Virus record (IMG/VR): IMGVR_UViG_3300031841_005609
Span: 32,001 to 96,000 of that record
From: a virus
Direction: 5' to 3' (one strand)
DNA length: 64,000 nucleotides
Translations under genes and position numbers: made by a program
Notes under the pieces: generated by a model
Databases searched by the model: none
Seen by the model: only the letters and a program-made list of their open reading frames with translations
Told to the model about the DNA's origin: nothing
Shown: piece by piece, positions 11,380 through 21,205 of the stretch
Position numbering within the stretch: the stretch's first letter is position 1
Layout of the letters: each line of letters opens with the position of its first letter

Positions 11380-11422
11380 ATATTTATCAGAGAGATTCGT
11401 TTTGAAAAACAGTTTTCAAAAA
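11380..11422 (+). promoter_or_regulatory. putative late promoter (ATATTTA) with a 5' leader hairpin
   Basis: ATATTTA at 11380; inverted repeat TTTTGAAAA/TTTTCAAAA at ~11400-11421; SD AGGAG at 11425. Confidence 0.5.
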
Positions 11423-11435
11423 TCAGGAGACATCA

Positions 11436-12137
11436 ATGGGATTTTTAGATCATTCCACTAACAACATTATAATAGACGCAGTTTTAACAGATAAGGGCAG
11501 ACAGCGTCTTGCTGAAAATAACGGACAATTTAGCATTCAGTTCTTCTCTCTTGCCGATGATGAAGTTGACTACGGAATCATAAAGAAGTTTGGAAGAATA
11601 GTCGGCAAAGAAAAGATCGTAAAAAACACTCCGATCTTCGAAGCGCAGACAAAACAAAATTCAGCGCTTAAGTACAGGATGCTCACTCTTCCTGACCCTA
11701 CTATCTTTAAGATGCCTTCTATGTCTCTGGTTACTGTCAACACCTCAAACGTAGTTTCTTTTTCTGGGACAGTAGTAGGTGGAAATTTAGCGACTCAAAA
11801 CATTGTAATAAAACAGGCTATCGGGAACGAACAGGATCTTCCTCCGAATCTAAACGATTCTTCTTACACTGTCTATGTCAACGACAGGTTTGTGTCCGTT
11901 TCGGGTAACCCTCTAGGATCTCCGGATCCGATGACGAAAATAAGAGCTTATACAGTCTTCTCTGAAGACACAGGCACTGTAAGCTTTGATATAGAACCAG
12001 TACCAACAAATCAACTTACTTCTACTGTTTTTGCCACATATGGAGTTTCAGGAACAATAACAACACCGGTTTCTGTAGTAGGTGATCAAACAGGTCTTAG
12101 GCTTGATTTTAAAGTTGCAATAAGCCAAGGAAGCTGA
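11436..12137 (+). CDS. conserved virion/baseplate protein
   Basis: MGFLD..IDAVLTDKGR..FSLADDEVDY N-terminus, a pattern I recognise from uncultured jumbo myophage structural genes; good SD. Confidence 0.6.
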   Translation: MGFLDHSTNNIIIDAVLTDKGRQRLAENNGQFSIQFFSLADDEVDYGIIKKFGRIVGKEKIVKNTPIFEAQTKQNSALKYRMLTLPDPTIFKMPSMSLVTVNTSNVVSFSGTVVGGNLATQNIVIKQAIGNEQDLPPNLNDSSYTVYVNDRFVSVSGNPLGSPDPMTKIRAYTVFSEDTGTVSFDIEPVPTNQLTSTVFATYGVSGTITTPVSVVGDQTGLRLDFKVAISQGS

Positions 12138-12170
12138 TTTTTCTAAAGTCGAATTAGGAGCAAAAAAAAG

Positions 12171-13403
12171 ATGGCAATAGCAGGCGGCAGTTTTAAGAAG
12201 ATATCGCCCAACGATATTAAAACCAGACAAACAACCTTGAATCAACTGGTTGATGTAATACAAGAAGATGTCTCAGGATCCAATACTCGACGAAAATACC
12301 AAGTCTTTGTTACTGGCGGCGTCGGCCCTGGAGTGACCAGCTCTCTTTATCAGACAGTTTACGACCAGAACTTTACTCTTCAGACAGCAAACCCAATATT
12401 TGACATGACTGTGGGAATCAATGAAAACTCTTCTACAGTCACAGGAAATGCATCAGAGGATGGTTCAACGAAAAAGACTTTTCCTTCTTCTTCACTCATG
12501 ATGAGAGAAAAGATCGATATCTATCGACAGCACGCAGCATGGCTTCTTGGCAATGCAGATTCTCAGTTTAAAGCTCCGTTTGGAAATTCTGATGCTTCGA
12601 CTATAAATCACGCTCTCTTTCTCGACATAAAAAGGCTTTTCTCTAGAGATGGATTGAAGCAAAACACGTTTGCAGCAAAAATGTATAGATCTGCGTCACT
12701 GGTTCTTTCGGGAGGCATGCCTCCTAACCTATGGACCACTTCTGAGCTAGGATCTACGATCTTTACAGATAATCCTGCCGTTACAACAGACTACCAAGGT
12801 TCGAAAGTAGGAGACATCAAGAATTCAGCAAATGCTAGTGAAGAAGCAGTTGGATTGATCTTCTACGACAAGGGTGCGGTTGTCCTAGACATGGACAAGG
12901 TTTTCTCAGGATCTCAAAGAATGTCCGGCACTATGAAGGCCATGTCAAACGTATCATCTGTGAACGGAGACACAGTCTCTGCTGGATATACCATCCTAGG
13001 AGCTAAAGGCACTGCATCTCCTGCTGCGAAATTTATACCTGACTTTTTGGTTTCTGGATCCGTCGATCAGATAATTGATCACATTGCTTCTACCCGATTC
13101 TCTTCGGGAAGTTTGACTTCCATGACATTCCAAAACAAAACTAGTATTAACTCAACATTGATCTTCTGTAGAGCAACAGCCGACGAGTTTAACTACTCTT
13201 CGAACCCCACATTTACAGACGAGAACGGAAACATCGTCGTAATAGACGAGGCTCAAAATGAAATTCAGAGATCCTTTACTTTTCCAACAACTGTAGGTCT
13301 TCACGATCAGTTTGGCGACACCCTCGCAGTTGCAAAATTCTCTAGACCAATAGAGAAGAATGACGAAAAAGACATAACTTTTAGAATTAGACTTGACTTC
13401 TAG
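12171..13403 (+). CDS. virion protein with a tail-collar/fibre-attachment-like C-terminal domain
   Basis: C-terminus EFNYSSNPTF..TTVGLHD..LAVAKFSRPIEK..RLDF, shared with 13457; SD AGGAG. Confidence 0.55.
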   Translation: MAIAGGSFKKISPNDIKTRQTTLNQLVDVIQEDVSGSNTRRKYQVFVTGGVGPGVTSSLYQTVYDQNFTLQTANPIFDMTVGINENSSTVTGNASEDGSTKKTFPSSSLMMREKIDIYRQHAAWLLGNADSQFKAPFGNSDASTINHALFLDIKRLFSRDGLKQNTFAAKMYRSASLVLSGGMPPNLWTTSELGSTIFTDNPAVTTDYQGSKVGDIKNSANASEEAVGLIFYDKGAVVLDMDKVFSGSQRMSGTMKAMSNVSSVNGDTVSAGYTILGAKGTASPAAKFIPDFLVSGSVDQIIDHIASTRFSSGSLTSMTFQNKTSINSTLIFCRATADEFNYSSNPTFTDENGNIVVIDEAQNEIQRSFTFPTTVGLHDQFGDTLAVAKFSRPIEKNDEKDITFRIRLDF

Positions 13404-13456
13404 AAGTTTAACAAGAGACCTCTTCTCTATGCGAATCGCTTCTAGGAAAAAAGGCT

Positions 13457-15955
13457 ATGTCGATCATAAAATTTTCACGTGACAACTTCGAAAATTATGA
13501 ACTAGTCGCTCGACCTGAAAAAGTATTTAGATCATCTTCTGACGGAGGCCTAGAAGGAGATATTCTTCTCATGAAGGATGCTTCTCCGAGCCTGAAAGAT
13601 ATTTCTAGAAAAGAAGTCGTAACAAGCTCCATAAAAAAGGGGAAGACCTGGAAAGGTCTAAATCAGTATGATGATTCTGTCTCCGATAGTTTCGTAGACC
13701 TTTTTTCTGCAGGAGGTCCTGCATCAGAAGAAGCCCTTAGACTTGTAAATCAGACAAAAACAGGTCTCAGATACAGAAAGCGTCAGGAGATTTTCAGGAC
13801 TATTCCAGGGACTCAGTTTAACAAAACTTATCTTAAGAAAAGAGTTGTCAAGAATAACTTAATGCCTTACTATAGAGCGTTCTACGAATCTATGGAGTGG
13901 GCTTATACAAACTATCATTGCTTAAACTTTTTTGAAAACACTAACGTTCCTTCTGAGTCTGCTTTGATCTATCCTGCTTTGACAGAATCGTCAGGAGAAA
14001 GTTCATACGCTCCTTCCTCCAGTTTTACGATAGAGTTTTACGTAAAACCGAGAGAAAACAGTGATGCTATAAGGGCAGGCTCAGAAGTTTCTCCTGGAAC
14101 GATACTTCACATGTCATCTTGCTATGCGGTCAGTCTTGTTACAGGTTCTTCTACTGGTCCGGACGGAAAGCCTGATGGGTATAGAGTATTACTTCAACTA
14201 AGTGAAAGCGCGGACATAAACCCATCTAATTGCATAGTCTCAAGTAATCAAGTGTCTGCGGGGAACACGAGCTGTGACAAGAGCTTCATATTCGCCTCAT
14301 CAGACAACTCTCTTTCTAGAGATGTTTGGAGTCATGTTGCAATAAGGTGGCCCGGGTCGTCTAACAACATGGGATCGGGTTCTTTTGTAATTAACGGAAA
14401 GAAAGATTCTGATTTTGTAATAACATCTTCTATTGTCATGCAGACAACCACATCTATTGGCTCTAACCTAGGTAATCCTGATGCTGTTTTTATCGGAAAC
14501 TATTTTAGCGGAGAAAATTCAGGAAACTCTACAATCGCTAGGTTCTTTAACAATACTGCAGGAAGAGACGAAGGTGTTTCTCCGATCCTCAGTGGAGCAC
14601 TAGGCGATATCGCAGATCCCGTTGGTTTCAAGTTCACTTCTCCTCTAAGGGCTGAGCTTCACGAAATAAAGATATTTGATAAATTTAGAAGCTTGCCCAA
14701 TATCAACAAAGATATGAAAACCGGCGTGAGCAAGATCGGATCAAGTCTTAAGTTTTATGTACCACCTTTCTTTATAAAGGAATCTAGAAGGAGAAACATT
14801 CTTCAGACTCCGTTTTTCACAGAGGTCGGTAAGACTGATGATCCTTTTAACATTCCTCTTTCTTTTGGACTTGGGTCTTTAGACATAAACGTCGAAAATT
14901 TCGTGAGAGAGATGGTTAAAAAAGAGTACCCAAGGCTCTGGAATTTAACAGCATCTGCTGACAACTCAGTAGCTTACGAAGAGGGGAAGACTTCAAACGA
15001 TGTAATCTATGGTCGACAGGGTTCTGCTAGAAAAAGGTTGAGAACAGTAATGCCCTGTGATAACGGAATGTTCTATCCTGACTTTTCTTTTTTAAAGACT
15101 GGATCGAACAGCTCGAGCAAGTTCACAGACAGCTATGGTTCTACTAGACTTGACCTAATAAGTCTGGAATCTATGGTGACTCCTAGCACTCTGTTAAAGG
15201 ATCTTGCCATCTTGGACGACTCTATATCTAGGACTCCCGGAGGAGATGGTTCTTTAGTGGGGGGACCTGCCTGGGGACAGATATCTGACGAAGGTTCCTC
15301 TCCTTTCGGCCCGAAATACTTTTTAAATGATCTTGTCGGAGCAAACCCACAGGACCCATCACTAGCCCCGGGAGCAATTCTTTCAGTCCTGCAAAGAACT
15401 GGAGACCCAAGCTCGAGTGAAGTTGTGATGTTTGATATATCCAATATGTTTTACGGAGATTCGATCACACCAGGCTCTCTTTTGATAGAAGATTTAGCAC
15501 CAACGGGATCTGAGGGAAGCTTTACTTTAAAGGTAAGAGATAACTCATATGGTAATCTATACAGGGCTGATGTGAAGAATCCCGAGAAGGCAGCAAGGTG
15601 GGCGTCTGTCGGTAACGTTTTTTACGAAGAAGGAATCGTGCTAATCAAGTCTCCTCATCTAGCTTTTTTCGGAAAAGAAGACTTTAGAATAACTTTCAAG
15701 GGAGAGAAAACTGTTTACGTTCTCGAGATAATTGTACCAGTCGAAGCTTCAAAGCATAATTCCTCATCAAACCCCACATACAAAGATCTGTCTCCCACAG
15801 ACTATTCTAACGAGACCTCCAGAAAATTTACGTACATATCGTCTATTAACTTACATGATGACAATCTTAATGTTATAGGGAAAGCAAATTTAAGTCAGCC
15901 TTTCTTGAAAAGAAACGAAGACAAAGTCGTCATAAAGTTAAGGATGGATTTTTGA
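13457..15955 (+). CDS. virion protein with a LamG/concanavalin A-like domain and the same C-terminal domain as 12171
   Basis: FTIEFYVKP, WSHVAIRW and LHEIKIFD motifs; C-terminus SSNPTY..INLHD..IGKANLSQP..RMDF. Confidence 0.6.
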   Translation: MSIIKFSRDNFENYELVARPEKVFRSSSDGGLEGDILLMKDASPSLKDISRKEVVTSSIKKGKTWKGLNQYDDSVSDSFVDLFSAGGPASEEALRLVNQTKTGLRYRKRQEIFRTIPGTQFNKTYLKKRVVKNNLMPYYRAFYESMEWAYTNYHCLNFFENTNVPSESALIYPALTESSGESSYAPSSSFTIEFYVKPRENSDAIRAGSEVSPGTILHMSSCYAVSLVTGSSTGPDGKPDGYRVLLQLSESADINPSNCIVSSNQVSAGNTSCDKSFIFASSDNSLSRDVWSHVAIRWPGSSNNMGSGSFVINGKKDSDFVITSSIVMQTTTSIGSNLGNPDAVFIGNYFSGENSGNSTIARFFNNTAGRDEGVSPILSGALGDIADPVGFKFTSPLRAELHEIKIFDKFRSLPNINKDMKTGVSKIGSSLKFYVPPFFIKESRRRNILQTPFFTEVGKTDDPFNIPLSFGLGSLDINVENFVREMVKKEYPRLWNLTASADNSVAYEEGKTSNDVIYGRQGSARKRLRTVMPCDNGMFYPDFSFLKTGSNSSSKFTDSYGSTRLDLISLESMVTPSTLLKDLAILDDSISRTPGGDGSLVGGPAWGQISDEGSSPFGPKYFLNDLVGANPQDPSLAPGAILSVLQRTGDPSSSEVVMFDISNMFYGDSITPGSLLIEDLAPTGSEGSFTLKVRDNSYGNLYRADVKNPEKAARWASVGNVFYEEGIVLIKSPHLAFFGKEDFRITFKGEKTVYVLEIIVPVEASKHNSSSNPTYKDLSPTDYSNETSRKFTYISSINLHDDNLNVIGKANLSQPFLKRNEDKVVIKLRMDF

Positions 15956-16503
15956 TAATACTTGGACTAGATATATCAACATCAGTGACAGCCTACACAG
16001 TCTTAGACTCAGAAAGACCTCCAGGGCAAAGGCTTGTCCTTTCTGAAGGAATACACCTTTCTAAAATAAAAGATTCTTACGCCAAGTCCTGCAAGGTCAG
16101 GGATGAGTTTAGAAAGCTATCTGAGAAGTGGAAAGTTGACAAGATAATCGTAGAAGAGTCTTTACAGTCTTTTAGATCTGGTCTTTCTTCTGCGAAAACC
16201 CTTTCTGCCTTGACTAGATTTAATGGAATTGTAAGTTTTTTCGCTCAAGATATCTTTGAAGCCCCGTGTGAAAGAATAAACGTAAATTCAGCTCGCTCTA
16301 GACTCGGAATTAAGATAGACCGAAAGTCTTCTGTCTCTAGTAAGGAACAGGTTAGAGACTGGGTCATGAACCACGAAGACTTTAAGAACTTTCCGTGGCC
16401 TACAAAGACTTTGAAATCGGGACCAAGAAAAGGCCTTACAATATACGATGTTTCTTGTCAAGATATTGCAGATAGTGCCGTGATGGCTCTTTGTAGCACT
16501 TAA
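15952..16503 (+). CDS. RuvC-like Holliday junction resolvase
   Basis: IILGLDISTS, IIVEE and DIADS acidic RNase H-fold motifs; TTG start overlaps the upstream stop. Confidence 0.75.
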   Translation: MIILGLDISTSVTAYTVLDSERPPGQRLVLSEGIHLSKIKDSYAKSCKVRDEFRKLSEKWKVDKIIVEESLQSFRSGLSSAKTLSALTRFNGIVSFFAQDIFEAPCERINVNSARSRLGIKIDRKSSVSSKEQVRDWVMNHEDFKNFPWPTKTLKSGPRKGLTIYDVSCQDIADSAVMALCST

Positions 16504-16532
16504 TTGAACACTTCGCTCCTTAATCATATTAT
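16504..16532 (+). promoter_or_regulatory. sigma70-like promoter giving a leaderless primase mRNA
   Basis: TTGAAC (16504)-N17-TATTAT (16527); ATG 16539 lies at the expected +1. Confidence 0.55.
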
Positions 16533-16538
16533 TCATTG

Positions 16539-17477
16539 ATGATTAGGGAAAAAGCAAAAAACACTTTGGTGCGAGCTTTCGGATCCGGATTCTTATCAAG
16601 AGACGGAGTCAATTTTGCTGTCTCTTGTCCCGAGTGCGATTCCACTAGATCAAAGAAAAAGTTCTCTGTAAGGCTTGATGACTACAGATATCATTGTTGG
16701 GTCTGTGGAATCAAAGGCAAGAACGTTTGGCTTTACCTAAGAAAGAAACTCGGCTTTAGAGACATTGATGAAAGTCTGCTCAAGCCAATAAAAGATACTT
16801 CTGAAGAAGAAGTTAGCGAGTCTATCTACTTGCCTAAAGACTTTGTTCCTCTGTTTAGAAAGACTCGAGACCCTGACGTAAAAGCCGTTCTAAACTATAT
16901 CAAAAAACGCGGCTACACTTCAGCTGACATATACAGGTGGAGAATAATGACCACAACCACAGGTAGGTTTAGAAGAAGGGCAATCATTCCTTCTTTCGAC
17001 GATCAAGGTGAGGTAAACTACTATGTTGGTAGATCCATCGATGACGGAAGTTTTAAGTATCTTAACGCTAAAGTACCTAAGCGGGAAATCGTATTTAATG
17101 AAATAGATATTGACTGGTCTAAGCCAGTTGTGCTAGTAGAGGGCGTTTTTGACGCAATGAAGTGTCCGGACAACACAATACCAGTCCTGGGCTCTTCGCT
17201 GTCAGTTAAGTCTAGGCTTTTTAGAAAGCTCATGAAGCATCAGTCTGATGTAATTGTTTCTTTCGATCCGGATCTGAAGGAAAAAGCCCTTGTTTTGGCA
17301 AACAACCTGTACGAAGCCGGATGCAAAGTAAGGGTTTGCTTTGCCCCTGAGGGTCACGACTTAGGATCTCAGACTAAGTCTCAAAACAAAGCGCTCTTGA
17401 GATCATCTAAGATTTACACTCCTTATTCTAAGCTCGAGCATAGAATCAACCTAATAAGAAGCGGAACTATTATATGA
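16539..17477 (+). CDS. DNA primase (Zn finger + TOPRIM)
   Basis: CPEC...HCWVC zinc finger; VEGVFDA, FDPD and GHDLG TOPRIM motifs. Confidence 0.85.
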   Translation: MIREKAKNTLVRAFGSGFLSRDGVNFAVSCPECDSTRSKKKFSVRLDDYRYHCWVCGIKGKNVWLYLRKKLGFRDIDESLLKPIKDTSEEEVSESIYLPKDFVPLFRKTRDPDVKAVLNYIKKRGYTSADIYRWRIMTTTTGRFRRRAIIPSFDDQGEVNYYVGRSIDDGSFKYLNAKVPKREIVFNEIDIDWSKPVVLVEGVFDAMKCPDNTIPVLGSSLSVKSRLFRKLMKHQSDVIVSFDPDLKEKALVLANNLYEAGCKVRVCFAPEGHDLGSQTKSQNKALLRSSKIYTPYSKLEHRINLIRSGTII

Positions 17478-20400
17478 CTTATAAGTTTGCTCATTTTGCT
17501 GATGTTCACTGGCGAGGTTTAACTCGCCACAAAGAATACAGGCGATCTTTCGAAGACGCTTTTGACAAAATGAGAAGAGAAAATCTCGACGGAATATTCA
17601 TCGTAGGTGACATCGTCCATTCAAAAACCCAGGGAATCTCTCCTGAACTCATAGATAACCTTTGCTGGTGGTTTAATGAAATGGCCTCCATAGCTCCTGT
17701 CTACGTGACTCTAGGAAATCATGACGGCCTAATCATGAACAAGGATAGAGAAGACGCTATAAGCCCTATAGTGAGAGCCATAAACAATCCGAACATCTTT
17801 CTTTCTAAGCATTCCGAAGTGTTCTTTGTAGGTGATGATATTGCCGTAACGAACTTTAGCTGTTTCGACGAAGAGAACTGGGAAAAATTTAAGCCGAAGA
17901 GAGGTAAGATAAACATAGCTCTTTTTCACGGAGCTGTTACTGGAAGTGAAACTGATATCAACTGGGAGCTAGACGGAGAAGTTGATGAAGGTTTTTTCAA
18001 AGGTTTTGACTTTGCTTTTCTCGGAGACATCCACAAGCATCAGTACCTTGACAAAGAAAAAAGAATATCTTATTGCGGAAGTACAATTCAGCAGAATTTT
18101 GGAGAAGACCCTGGAAAGGGTTTCATGATATGGGAGATAGACTCTAAGAAAAAGTTCTCTTCTAGACATGTTGAAGTCTTGCATGACATGCCTTATGTCA
18201 CCATAGATTGGAAAGGTAATGTAGGAGACACTTTAGACGAGGCAGAAAAGCACCCAGATCGAGCCAGGTTTAGAATTAGAACCAGTGTTCCGATAAGCCA
18301 GGGAGAGATAAAACAAATCTATTCTGCTCTCAAAGAGTTCAAGTCAGCCTCTGAAATCGTAATGAAGCAAGATTTCGCGAGACCAGAATTAGTGCTTGAG
18401 GAAAACACTCTGAGGAAGAAGATGAATCTCAGAGATCCAAGCTCAGTCTCAATGATGGTGAAGGAATACTATACTAAAGCTGGACTAAGTGACAGAGTGA
18501 ACACGAAGCTGGAAGATCTAGTTCAGAGGTTCTGGAAGCATGTCTCTAAAGTAGAAGCGCCTCAAAGCGGACAGTGGTCGATAAGATCTCTAGAGTTTGA
18601 TAATCTTTTCGGATACGGAAAAGGAAACAAGATAAACTTTGATGAGATAGACGGCATTACCGGAATATTCGGGAAGAATAGGATAGGAAAGTCTTCTATA
18701 TGTGGTGCAATCATGTACACTCTGTTCAATACAACAGACAGAGGCTCTATTTCAAATCTTCATGTCATAAACTCTAGAAAAGGTCATTGTAAGTCTTCTG
18801 CTATCATCTCTAAAAGAGGAAAGTTTTATAAGATCGAGAGACAATCAATAAAGAAAGAGTCCAGGGCTGGAAAACTCTCTGTCTCAACACAGTTAAACTT
18901 GCTTGAAATAGATCAGGATGGAAACGTTATAAAAGATCTTTGTGGTGAACAAAGAAGAGAAACAGAAAAAACTCTTAAGAATCTTGTAGGTAACGCAGAA
19001 GATTTTCTTCTAACCAGCTTTGCATCTCAAGGTGCTATGAATTCTTTTCTAAGCCAAAAAGCTTCTTCTAGAAAGTCAGTTCTTAGTAATTTTTTAGATC
19101 TTGACGTGTTTGATCAGCTTAATGACGCCGCTAAAGCTGAGTCTTCTGGAATTAAGCAAATGATAAAGAATGCTCCCGATAGAGATTACGATTTGTCGAT
19201 TGTCGAGACTAAGAACAAGCTCAATGCTAAGATGGCTGAGAGAGATGGTCTTTATGAAAGCTTAGATCTTCTAAGGGGAAGGATAAGAGATCTAGATCTT
19301 AGTCTTGAAACAAGAGACGACAATAACCTGGTAACTCAACAAGACCTAGATGATCAAACAAAAAGAGTTCGATCCTTGCGAGACAGAAAAAAAGGTCTAG
19401 AAATCAAAGTAGAAAAGCTTGAAAAAGATCTCGTTGAGATATCTTCGAAGACCGACCGAATCCAGGAGATTAAGTCAACTTTTCCGATAGAAGACTTGAA
19501 GGTAACGCTCGCTGAAGAGAAAAGCCTAGACGAATCATCAGTTCAGATAAAACATAAGCTTGACAAGGAAAAGCAGACACTCAAAATAATAAACAATCAG
19601 GTTGATGTTTTAAATCAAGTTCCCTGTGAAGACAAGTTTCCTGATTGTAAGTTTATAGTTGAGGCTCACAAAGCAAAGAAGAAATTAAAGGGAAAAGAGA
19701 AGATAATAGAAAGTCTGTCAGAAGATCTAAAGGTCACGAAGGCTCAGTTAAGAAAACTTCAGGCAAAAGAGCTTGACAAAAAGCTTGACAAATACAATGA
19801 CCTTATTTCTTCTTTCGGAGAGCTTTCTCTAGAGAAGAATGATATAACATTAAGCCTTTCTTCTGCTAAGAACGATCTTGAAAAGACAAATGATTCTCTT
19901 GTCAGAGAAGTTAAGGTTCTCGACGAAATGAAAGTCAATCTTTCCACTGATGACAAAGCCGAACAGATAAGTGAAATGAGAAGCAAGCTAAGGGATCTTA
20001 AGTCAGCTCAGGTAGACATGGAAGAAAAATATTCTCGTCTTTCTGAGGATGTAGGTTTGCTTCAAGCCAGAGTTTCAAAGCTTTCTGAAGAAAAAGAAGA
20101 GTACGAAGCTCTCATAGAGAATTGGAGAGTTTACGAGCTTTTCCTTCAAGCCACTTCTAAAAATGGCCTGCCGCTAGAGATAATCAGATCTAGAATTCCT
20201 GAAATCAATCTTGAGATAGCCTCTATTCTGCAGGGAGTTACAGGGTTTACTGTTGAATTAGAATCTTTCGAAGGATCTAACGATATGGACATTTTTATTA
20301 ACTACGGAGACTCTAAGAGAATAATTGAATGTTGCAGCGGGATGGAAAAAATGATGTCCGCTCTTGCTATAAGAGTTGCACTAACGAACGTCTCAGAGCT

Positions 20401-20608
20401 TTCCAAGTCAAACATATTCATGATAGATGAGGGTTTTGGGGCTCTGGATTCTGGCAATGTAGAAGCATGCAGCAGATTTCTTGAGTCTCTAAAGAAGTGG
20501 TTCAGAACTATTATGATAATCTCTCACGTTGATGCCGTTAAAGACGCGGTCGACAACGTCTTGGAAATAGGTAAGGACGGAAAAGATGCGTTTATCAGAC
20601 AGGAATGA
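17474..20608 (+). CDS. fused SbcD/Mre11 nuclease-SbcC/Rad50 ATPase (T4 gp47+gp46-like)
   Basis: Phosphoesterase motifs ADVH, GD, GNHD, GDIH; Walker A GKNRIGKS; coiled coil with central CEDKFPDC; CSGME signature; IDEGFGALD; ISH. Confidence 0.9.
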   Translation: MTYKFAHFADVHWRGLTRHKEYRRSFEDAFDKMRRENLDGIFIVGDIVHSKTQGISPELIDNLCWWFNEMASIAPVYVTLGNHDGLIMNKDREDAISPIVRAINNPNIFLSKHSEVFFVGDDIAVTNFSCFDEENWEKFKPKRGKINIALFHGAVTGSETDINWELDGEVDEGFFKGFDFAFLGDIHKHQYLDKEKRISYCGSTIQQNFGEDPGKGFMIWEIDSKKKFSSRHVEVLHDMPYVTIDWKGNVGDTLDEAEKHPDRARFRIRTSVPISQGEIKQIYSALKEFKSASEIVMKQDFARPELVLEENTLRKKMNLRDPSSVSMMVKEYYTKAGLSDRVNTKLEDLVQRFWKHVSKVEAPQSGQWSIRSLEFDNLFGYGKGNKINFDEIDGITGIFGKNRIGKSSICGAIMYTLFNTTDRGSISNLHVINSRKGHCKSSAIISKRGKFYKIERQSIKKESRAGKLSVSTQLNLLEIDQDGNVIKDLCGEQRRETEKTLKNLVGNAEDFLLTSFASQGAMNSFLSQKASSRKSVLSNFLDLDVFDQLNDAAKAESSGIKQMIKNAPDRDYDLSIVETKNKLNAKMAERDGLYESLDLLRGRIRDLDLSLETRDDNNLVTQQDLDDQTKRVRSLRDRKKGLEIKVEKLEKDLVEISSKTDRIQEIKSTFPIEDLKVTLAEEKSLDESSVQIKHKLDKEKQTLKIINNQVDVLNQVPCEDKFPDCKFIVEAHKAKKKLKGKEKIIESLSEDLKVTKAQLRKLQAKELDKKLDKYNDLISSFGELSLEKNDITLSLSSAKNDLEKTNDSLVREVKVLDEMKVNLSTDDKAEQISEMRSKLRDLKSAQVDMEEKYSRLSEDVGLLQARVSKLSEEKEEYEALIENWRVYELFLQATSKNGLPLEIIRSRIPEINLEIASILQGVTGFTVELESFEGSNDMDIFINYGDSKRIIECCSGMEKMMSALAIRVALTNVSELSKSNIFMIDEGFGALDSGNVEACSRFLESLKKWFRTIMIISHVDAVKDAVDNVLEIGKDGKDAFIRQE

Positions 20609-20837
20609 AGTATATTTTATCGAAGATGGAGACAGGGTGCATTCATTCTGCCCTGTTTGTGGTTTTCTGGCTAGAGATTCCGAAGACTTGGATATCATAC
20701 AAAAAGAAAAAGCCTGTAGAGAATGTACTGGTAATTTCAAATACTTAGATCTAGAGTCCTGGGAAAGAGGAGATCGACCTACAAGAGAAGAAGCTAGGTC
20801 TAAAATACATTTTCATAGTGGAGAAAGTACAAAATGA
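20586..20837 (+). CDS. small Zn-finger protein
   Basis: CPVC...CREC; overlaps both neighbours. Confidence 0.6.
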   Translation: MRLSDRNEVYFIEDGDRVHSFCPVCGFLARDSEDLDIIQKEKACRECTGNFKYLDLESWERGDRPTREEARSKIHFHSGESTK

Positions 20838-21199
20838 ATAAACTAGAATTAGTTGCAAGACTTGTTGATAACACATACAACCCAGTGTCAAAGTCGGGTA
20901 CGTATTCAATTAAGACTTCCATGCAGGGAAGCAGGCTTGTTGTAAAGTTTAGCACGATAGTTAACTTTGCTTCTGAGGCATCTTTAAGACCTCAAGTTCA
21001 ATCATCAAAAGAACACGCCGTTCAGCTTATAAAAGACTTTATTGCAAACCTTAAGAAAAACTACAAGGCAGAGACAGGAGAAGCTCTAAAGGTTGAAGAT
21101 GAAGGCGGAGATGACAACATAGAGATGATTCAAGCAACTTCAAATTCACTCAGAAAAATAGCTTATTACAGATATAATCAGACTTTAGAGATATCTTAA
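20834..21199 (+). CDS. hypothetical protein
   Basis: 121-aa ORF, ATGA-coupled, GGAG SD. Confidence 0.65.
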   Translation: MNKLELVARLVDNTYNPVSKSGTYSIKTSMQGSRLVVKFSTIVNFASEASLRPQVQSSKEHAVQLIKDFIANLKKNYKAETGEALKVEDEGGDDNIEMIQATSNSLRKIAYYRYNQTLEIS

Positions 21200-21205
21200 C
21201 AGACT